From: an uncultured Candidatus Poseidoniales archaeon
GTDB taxonomy: Archaea; Thermoplasmatota; Poseidoniia; Poseidoniales; Thalassarchaeaceae
Reading direction: 5' to 3'
Assembly: GCA_964414525.1 (NCBI GenBank)
Contig: CAYPWN010000001.1
Coordinates: forward strand, 1 to 59,296
Length of the DNA: 59,296 nt
In this document: positions 53,424 through 59,296 of the stretch, in pieces
Layout of the letters: the number at the start of each line of letters is the position of its first letter
How positions within the stretch are numbered: the first letter of the stretch is position 1
Translations under genes and position numbers: made by a program
The notes under the pieces: generated by a model
The model's database searches: none
Told to the model about the DNA's origin: nothing
What the model saw: the letters and a program-made list of their open reading frames with translations, nothing else

Positions 53424-54434
53424 TTGAATAGTAGTGGACTGCGGAAGCCATGCGTGATTGACCCGCTTGACGAGCAAGATTCGGACTCAGAAGGGGACGC
53501 AAAACCACTACCGCCCCCTCCACCAGGAATCTCAGTCCCCCCTACTGGTATTGACCTTCCACCACCAGAATTCAACCTTCCACCCCCTGAGAGTACATCG
53601 CCACAGTTTGGATTTTCTCCGGAAACCGGGAGCGACTCAGATTTAGTCGACGCCGCTGGCGCATTGTCCTCGCAAACTACCCATGTCTCGGATGATTCTC
53701 CTAATGACTTCAAGTCAGTTTGGGACAGGAGGAAGAGCACAGACCCATCCATAGCAGGAAGCTCAAGGGACAACATATACAACAGGATAAACAGGATTTC
53801 CTCTGGGAAGGGTGACAGTCTGATGGACAGGTATTCTGACAGGTTCGGCTCAGACTTGGACAGAGAGATTATCGTACTGAGGAAGAAGGAGCAGGAGGAT
53901 CTAACTTCCATTAAGCCCACAGTGGAGCTCATCTCATCGGATAGCAACACGGAAATGTCCCTCAATGAGTTCATGGAGGCTATGGACGACGTCGACTTTG
54001 TCAATAGGGTGGCAATGAAGACTGGGGTTTCTGTGGACAAAATTGACGAGCTTGACATCAACTCGATGAAGTCATTCTTCGAGAAAGCCGATGCTGACAA
54101 CTCCGGAACGTTGGACTTCGACGAATTCGTGAATGGCATCATTCAGAGCTTCAGGAGTAGAGACGAGGACTTCTCCCACTTCTTTACTGTCGTGAACGGA
54201 TTGCTGGGTGAGCTCCCAGACGAGAAAGCGAACGCATTCATTGAATCAGACGGATTCGAGATGTTCAAGGAAGTCGGGGAGGGCCCCGAGGCAACCGAAC
54301 TAGAAACTAGGGCGGAGTTCTTCAAGATGGTTAATGAACTGCTAGTCGACTTGCCAGATCCAGTGATGAAGAGCTTCACAGAGTCACAGGACTTTGATCT
54401 CTACAAGCAGATAGCAGAAAGGTATGGTGGTTGA
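53424..54434 (+). CDS. Hypothetical protein with a proline-rich N-terminus, a canonical EF-hand and a duplicated C-terminal motif
   Basis: The N-terminus has PLPPPPPGISVPPTGIDLPPPEFNLPPPE. The EF-hand loop is DADNSGTLDFDE (54090-54125). The start is TTG at 53424 or GTG at 53454. Confidence 0.55.
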   Translation: MNSSGLRKPCVIDPLDEQDSDSEGDAKPLPPPPPGISVPPTGIDLPPPEFNLPPPESTSPQFGFSPETGSDSDLVDAAGALSSQTTHVSDDSPNDFKSVWDRRKSTDPSIAGSSRDNIYNRINRISSGKGDSLMDRYSDRFGSDLDREIIVLRKKEQEDLTSIKPTVELISSDSNTEMSLNEFMEAMDDVDFVNRVAMKTGVSVDKIDELDINSMKSFFEKADADNSGTLDFDEFVNGIIQSFRSRDEDFSHFFTVVNGLLGELPDEKANAFIESDGFEMFKEVGEGPEATELETRAEFFKMVNELLVDLPDPVMKSFTESQDFDLYKQIAERYGG

Positions 54435-54436
54435 TT

Positions 54437-55240
54437 ATGGGGCTTCTAGAGAAGGCAGGACAAATAGACTCCCAGAAATCGCCCGATGCGTTGACACCAG
54501 AGCCCGTAACTGTCACTGAGCCAGAGCCCGTAACTGTCACTGAGCCAGAGCCAGTTAAGCCCAAGAAATCCAAGAGGAAGGAAAGGAGACAGAAGAAATC
54601 TAGGCAGAGGAGGGCCAGGACACCCAAGGAGCTACCCGAAGGATTCGAGGCCGGAACAAGAGGCCAGATCGCAGTTAGGAGGCTCTCCGACTTCGCAGTT
54701 TCATGGGGTTGGTGCGTACCCCTGGTCGTGGTAAGCGCATGGGGGTCATACTTCGATCCAACATACTTCGTAGTGCTGGGCATATTGCTGATCGGGTTCA
54801 ATCTAGGATTCATGCCGTACAGCACTGGCAGGACGGTAGGCAACTGGATTAGCAGGACCACGTACGTTAATTCTAAGTCGGAAAGGCCCCATCAGTCGTA
54901 TATTCTATTCAAGGGGCTCACCTTCCCCCTAGTCCTAATTGGAATAATGCTGATTCTTACGGCGACGTCAACCGGCCTCGGGAAGACAAATGGACAGGTA
55001 TTGTTGGCATTCGGGCTTCTAATGGTGATACCTCCATTCCTAGACTACCTATTCTACCGGTTCAAGAAGGATAATCTGGGGCTATGGGACACCCTATACG
55101 GCGGGGTCTGGATGGTCAGGACGACTAAGACAGCCGAAGCCAAGGGATGGCTGAAGAAGCTGGAGCAACTAGGGGACTACTCTGACTCACAGGGATGGTT
55201 CAAGGAGAAGGATGAAGACTCCCCTGAGGCTACTGAATAG
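54437..55240 (+). CDS. RDD-family membrane protein with a repeat-containing, lysine/arginine-rich N-terminus
   Basis: It has RRLSDFAVSWGW...STGRTVGNWISRTTYV and 3-4 TM helices (RDD-like). The ATG at 54437 is preceded by GGTGG and overlaps the upstream stop. Confidence 0.55.
   Translation: MGLLEKAGQIDSQKSPDALTPEPVTVTEPEPVTVTEPEPVKPKKSKRKERRQKKSRQRRARTPKELPEGFEAGTRGQIAVRRLSDFAVSWGWCVPLVVVSAWGSYFDPTYFVVLGILLIGFNLGFMPYSTGRTVGNWISRTTYVNSKSERPHQSYILFKGLTFPLVLIGIMLILTATSTGLGKTNGQVLLAFGLLMVIPPFLDYLFYRFKKDNLGLWDTLYGGVWMVRTTKTAEAKGWLKKLEQLGDYSDSQGWFKEKDEDSPEATE
54497..54552 (+). repeat. Tandem 24-bp direct repeat (2 perfect copies plus a partial third) inside the RDD gene
   Basis: ccagagcccgtaactgtcactgag occurs twice (54497-54520 and 54521-54544), followed by ccagagcc. 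It encodes (PEPVTVTE)x2 followed by PEPV. Confidence 0.85.
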
Positions 55241-55255
55241 GGACGAAACCCCCCC

Positions 55256-56299
55256 TCATTCCTCACCATCGGAGTCGTACCTTATCTTAGCCAGCTCCCT
55301 CATGTCCTCGTGCAGCACTCCATCGTCGATTGCGTCTTGGTCCGACTCATCTACGATTTCTACGCCCAGCAGAGTCTCTATGATGTCCTCCATTGTGACA
55401 ATCCCAGCGGTTCCCCCGAACTGGTCCTTGGCAACTAGAAGCTGTTCCTTCCTCTCTAGTAGTATGTCCAGTGCCTTGTCCACAGAAGTGTCTACTGTGC
55501 ATGTGACAAGCTCCCTGCAGAGATCGCCCATGGTAGATTCGAAGTCGTCATCAGCTGCTCTTCTGAGAATCTCGCTCCTCAGTACGAGCCCGATCATCTC
55601 GTCAACATTGTCCGAATAAACGGGCATCCTGCCATGTATCATTATTGGGATTCTATCCACCACCTCTCTGACTGTCTCCGACTCATTAACTGTGGTCATG
55701 ACCACCCTAGGGGTCATTATTGCACTGACCTGCATTTCCCTAAGCTTCAGCAGGTTCTGGATGACTGCCTCCTCGTCCTCCTCTATCACATCGGATTCCT
55801 CGGCTATATCTGCCAGAACAGAAAGCTCGTTTCTTGTTACGGTCTCGGTCTCAACCTGCGGGAATGGGGCCCTCAACAGCTCAATCATCTTGACTATGGG
55901 CCATAGCATCCACATGAGGCCATTAAGGACGTGGTATGAAGGGACTGTAAGCTTCCTCCAATATAGAGCACCGATGGTCTTGGGGAGTATCTCACTTAGG
56001 AGGAGTATCGCGATTGTTAGTATGGCTGCTGAACCAGCAATAACATACTGGCCCTCGAAATTATTCTCTACTTCTGATCCGACACCCAAGGCACCAACAG
56101 TGTGGGCAATGGTATTCAGAGTCAGAATTGCGGTAAGTGGTCCCTCTGGATCCTCTTTCCAGTTCGACCAAGTTGCGCTGACCTTCCTATGCGTGTCCTT
56201 CAGTGCTACTATGTGGCCATGCGATGTCGATAGCAAAACTGCCTCAAGAATACTGCATAGAAACGATGCACCTAACGCCAGAACAGCGTAGGCAATCAT
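55256..56299 (-). CDS. CNNM/CorB-type transporter (DUF21 + CBS pair), putative Mg2+/Co2+ efflux
   Basis: The DUF21 TM domain has TLNTIAHTVGALGVG. Two CBS motifs follow. I chose the ATG at 56299 (MIAYAVLALG...). The ORF to 56446 would remove the divergent promoter region. Confidence 0.8.
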   Translation of the reverse strand: MIAYAVLALGASFLCSILEAVLLSTSHGHIVALKDTHRKVSATWSNWKEDPEGPLTAILTLNTIAHTVGALGVGSEVENNFEGQYVIAGSAAILTIAILLLSEILPKTIGALYWRKLTVPSYHVLNGLMWMLWPIVKMIELLRAPFPQVETETVTRNELSVLADIAEESDVIEEDEEAVIQNLLKLREMQVSAIMTPRVVMTTVNESETVREVVDRIPIMIHGRMPVYSDNVDEMIGLVLRSEILRRAADDDFESTMGDLCRELVTCTVDTSVDKALDILLERKEQLLVAKDQFGGTAGIVTMEDIIETLLGVEIVDESDQDAIDDGVLHEDMRELAKIRYDSDGEE

Positions 56300-56449
56300 C
56301 AAGGTGTAATCTGTCAATTCTGATGCCCCTCTGAGTCCGATGGGGAACTTGAGAAAACTCCTGCAAGGATTTCCACAGCGATTGGCTCCAGCCTCTCGCG
56401 GGCGAACATGACATAAATATCTAACTTCACGGGATAAGGGGAACATACC

Positions 56450-58642
56450 ATGCAGTACGTCGCGATTTTCATGGCCTGGCCATACGCAAATGGACCATTA
56501 CACCTCGGGCACGTCGCTGGAAACAGCCTACCGGCTGACATTCAGTACAGGTATGAGCGAGCACGTGGTAGGAGGGTATTGATGTGTAGTGGCTCTGACG
56601 AGCATGGCACCCCGATTACCATTACAGCAGAGGAGATGGGAGTTCACCCACAAGAGGTTGTGGACAAGTTCCATGAGATAAACTCGAAGGCCCTAGCAGA
56701 TCTAGGTTGCTCATGGGTTGATCCAGTAGACCCGAGGGGGATCGAGTACGGGGGCGCCCTGTACAACAGGACATCGGACGAGATGCACAAGGAAATTGTA
56801 CGAGAGGTATTCACCAAACTGCTCGATTCTAAATTCCTAGAACGAAAGACAATGCAGCAATACTGCTCTGTCAGCCCCGACGGGCTCGTCAGGTTCCTCC
56901 CAGACAGGTACGTCGAGGGGGAGTGCCCGTCCTGCTCATCTGAAGGTGCACGCGGAGATCAGTGCGACTCATGCGGTTCGACATACGAGGCACACGAGCT
57001 GGTCAACCCGCGTTCAAAGATAGACAAGGATTCTGGGATAGAGGTCCGTGACACGGACCACTTCTTCCTACGGCTAAACGACTTCCAAAATGCACTAGAG
57101 AAGCATGCCTCGGAGAGGCAGAAGGTCTGGAAGCCCAACGTAAGGGCCATGTCGAAGAACTGGCTGGACATGGGACTACGCCCGCGTGCGGTAACAAGGG
57201 ACATAGAATGGGGGATAACTATCCCTCTGGAAGGTGAAGAGTGGGATTCCAAGAGGGTGTATGTCTGGTTCGAGGCAGTACAGGGTTACTACACCTGCGC
57301 CAGGATTTGGGCATCGAGGTATGCGTCCAAGGAAAACCATCCTGATGGCGATGCAGCATGGGAGAGGTGGTGGAGGGTTTCCGACAACGGCGAGTCCCCG
57401 AAGCACATCTATTTCATGGGGAAGGACAACATCCCTTTCCACACCATAATCTGGCCTGCTATTATAATGGGCCTAAATGCATCAGACTCGTCAGCTGTTT
57501 CCCACACGCCCGGCATCGGCGACCTAGTTCTCGAAGAAAACGTCTCAGCGAACGAGTATCTGATGCTCCAGGGGGGACAGTTCAGTAAGAGCAGGAGGCA
57601 TGCCGTCTGGCTCCCCTCCTACTTGGAGCAGTACGATGCCGACGCACTCAGGTACTATCTGTCGATTAACATGCCAGAGACTCATGACACCGACTTCCGA
57701 TGGGACGAGTACGTTGACAGGGTAAACAACGAACTAATCGGCACATACGGGAACTTCATCCACAGGGTGATGACTCTGGCGCACCGACTTGGGTCGGAAA
57801 GCACAAACCCTCTGGCGCAATACGACTCGCCCACTGATCACGACGAAACAATTGGCCGGATCAGAGAACTAATCTCCAGTGCCATAGACTCGATGGAGAA
57901 GCAGAGGTTCAAGGAGGCTCTCAGGAGCATCATGGGGATTGCCCAGATTGGCAACTCACTACTCCAAGTAGCTGAACCATGGAAATACCTCAACGCGGAT
58001 GAGTCCGATGATAGGAGGGAATCGCTATCATCGTTGGCGCTATCTTGGAGGATATGTCGCTGCCTCGCGGTATGCATGCGCCCGTTTATCCCGTTCTCCT
58101 CCGACAGGCTATGGACGATGATGGGAATAAAGTCAGATATAGACCGCGTACTCTGGGACGATTCCTTCGACACGGATTCAGATCTTTCGTGGAACAATGA
58201 AAAGCCCGAGCCCCTTTTCACTCGTCTCGATCTCGAAGAGATCCTTGCTAGGGAGTCCTCACTTGCAGACAGTAAGGACAATGACGATGATGCGGGTCCC
58301 GATGACGGGGGGGGTTACATCGAGTTCGAAGACTTCATGAAAGTTGAGATGAGGACTGGGAGGATAGTGTCCGTTGAGGATCACCCCAACGCGGACAAGC
58401 TATTCGTAATCTCCATCGACGAAGGGTCTGGCTCTAACAGAACTGTATGCGCCGGACTGAAGGGTCATTACGAGGCATCGGAATTGGAGGGATTGGACGT
58501 CGTATTCGTTGCCAATCTTGAGCCCAGGAAGCTCAGGGGCGTGATTTCTGAGGGAATGATCCTAGCTGCAGACGACGGTGAGGGAGGGGTTAAGGTACTC
58601 ACAACCGAAGGCGAGATCATATCTGGGTCAAGGGTCAGGTAA
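56450..58642 (+). CDS. metG: Methionyl-tRNA synthetase with a C-terminal tRNA-binding (Trbp111/EMAP-like) domain
   Basis: PYANGPLHLGHVAGN (HIGH region), the Zn knuckle CPSC...CDSC, KFSKSRRH (KMSKS-like) and the C-terminal KVEMRTGRIVSVEDHPNADKLFV are present. Confidence 0.95.
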   Translation: MQYVAIFMAWPYANGPLHLGHVAGNSLPADIQYRYERARGRRVLMCSGSDEHGTPITITAEEMGVHPQEVVDKFHEINSKALADLGCSWVDPVDPRGIEYGGALYNRTSDEMHKEIVREVFTKLLDSKFLERKTMQQYCSVSPDGLVRFLPDRYVEGECPSCSSEGARGDQCDSCGSTYEAHELVNPRSKIDKDSGIEVRDTDHFFLRLNDFQNALEKHASERQKVWKPNVRAMSKNWLDMGLRPRAVTRDIEWGITIPLEGEEWDSKRVYVWFEAVQGYYTCARIWASRYASKENHPDGDAAWERWWRVSDNGESPKHIYFMGKDNIPFHTIIWPAIIMGLNASDSSAVSHTPGIGDLVLEENVSANEYLMLQGGQFSKSRRHAVWLPSYLEQYDADALRYYLSINMPETHDTDFRWDEYVDRVNNELIGTYGNFIHRVMTLAHRLGSESTNPLAQYDSPTDHDETIGRIRELISSAIDSMEKQRFKEALRSIMGIAQIGNSLLQVAEPWKYLNADESDDRRESLSSLALSWRICRCLAVCMRPFIPFSSDRLWTMMGIKSDIDRVLWDDSFDTDSDLSWNNEKPEPLFTRLDLEEILARESSLADSKDNDDDAGPDDGGGYIEFEDFMKVEMRTGRIVSVEDHPNADKLFVISIDEGSGSNRTVCAGLKGHYEASELEGLDVVFVANLEPRKLRGVISEGMILAADDGEGGVKVLTTEGEIISGSRVR

Positions 58643-58658
58643 TCGGAACCAGAATCGA

Positions 58659-59296
58659 TCAATCTCGCCTACTCGCAAACATCGATGAAACCAGAAGTCC
58701 AGTAATCGCTGCGATGTAGCCGAACCCAGGTGTGAACACGCCACCAGTGGGCATGTCCGCCCACAAGTCGTAGAACATAATCTGGAAGTCCTTGTCCCTG
58801 TACTCGTCATCGTCGGGGCAGGGGTCGATAACCCGCTCCGTCCTGGTGACAGAGTAAGCGTCCCCTGAGGAGGTGTACCCGTCGTTGTCATTATCGGACC
58901 ATGACAGCGTCCATTGGTAGCACTGGTCTGTGTGGGTGGAGGTCTGTTCGCTGAGCTTCATACTATCAACAACATGGGTGACTTCTTCACCCTCATCATT
59001 TCCTTCAGTGTAGGTCACGCGCAATTCTATCTCTGTAAGGCTCACATCCTCGAAGTGCTCGTCTGAGAGTTCAGCCGACCAGGTCTTGGTACTGCCTGAG
59101 TCCTCTTCGACTTCGTTGTCTATCTTCATTGTCATAGAAGTTCTTGGGAGGTCGATATCAATTGCAATATCGATCAACGTGGGATCCAAGATTTCTATCG
59201 AGCACCTAGCCATTCCATTAAACTGCGAAATTTCGAGATGATTCAGATGGGGCGGGTTTCCGACGAATTCGAGTCTAGCGTCCAATCCAAGTGTCT
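58659..59296 (-). CDS. Secreted acidic protein with a PGF-CTERM sorting signal; 5' end beyond the window edge
   Basis: The frame is open to nt 59296, and the listed TTG at 59285 is internal. The C-terminus is GGVFTPGFGYIAAITGLLVSSMFASRRD*. Confidence 0.7.
   Translation of the reverse strand, partial: TLGLDARLEFVGNPPHLNHLEISQFNGMARCSIEILDPTLIDIAIDIDLPRTSMTMKIDNEVEEDSGSTKTWSAELSDEHFEDVSLTEIELRVTYTEGNDEGEEVTHVVDSMKLSEQTSTHTDQCYQWTLSWSDNDNDGYTSSGDAYSVTRTERVIDPCPDDDEYRDKDFQIMFYDLWADMPTGGVFTPGFGYIAAITGLLVSSMFASRRD

Noticed and set aside
1-59296. A search for tRNA, rRNA, SRP or RNase P RNA, CRISPR repeats, IS elements, integrases, toxin-antitoxin systems or known defence systems.
   Set aside because: I saw no T-loop-like GGTTCGAATCC-type motifs in intergenic spacers. 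I saw no regularly spaced direct repeats, and no transposase, integrase or nuclease-type ORFs. Nearly all spacers are under 160 bp. A covariance-model scan would be needed to exclude small RNAs, especially in 51841-52159.

Overview
This is an archaeal chromosomal segment with euryarchaeal-type informational genes. Assigning it to a streamlined marine planktonic lineage such as Poseidoniales/MG-II is inference only. I call about 57 protein genes on both strands at very high coding density. Many stops and starts overlap or abut. By eye I found no rRNA, tRNA, CRISPR array, transposase or integrase.

Gene content, left to right:
- A surface protein with Ca-binding repeats and a PGF-CTERM signal (5' partial), aIF5A, an OPT transporter, an EamA transporter and SurE.
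- SRP54 followed by TrmY, then TrkA/TrkH, RFC large subunit and GlyRS.
- A 1766-aa Lhr-type helicase.
- Archaeosortase A next to GmhA and GmhB, then TiaS, PurB and Dph6.
- The conserved proteasome-exosome superoperon: PsmA, SBDS, Rrp4, Rrp41, Rrp42, L37Ae, Pcc1 and prefoldin beta.
- A UbiD-TPR-Nudix operon, then S12-S7-EF2.
- IPK followed by a fused IDI-GGPP synthase.
- KptA, a FadA-like thiolase, CoaBC, ProRS and a split transketolase.
- Futalosine-pathway genes (a radical SAM MqnC/E enzyme, MqnA, MqnD).
- PriS, an EF-hand protein, an RDD protein, a CorB-like transporter, MetRS and a second PGF-CTERM protein (5' partial).

Most interesting observations:
1. A half-size deoxyhypusine-hydroxylase-like HEAT protein has only two His-Glu motifs. 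It is translationally coupled to mqnD, and aIF5A with an intact hypusination loop lies in the same window.
2. In two tRNA-modification genes (tiaS, trmY), the conserved and partly catalytic N-terminus is encoded in frame upstream of the first ATG/GTG/TTG. In both cases this region follows directly after the stop of the preceding gene.
3. A eukaryote-like type-1 IPP isomerase is fused to GGPP synthase directly downstream of IPK.
4. The Lhr helicase carries a long, bacterial-style C-terminal extension.
5. Archaeosortase A is flanked by heptose-pathway genes, with two candidate substrates at the window edges.

All functional calls come from motif recognition by eye and need profile or alignment confirmation.
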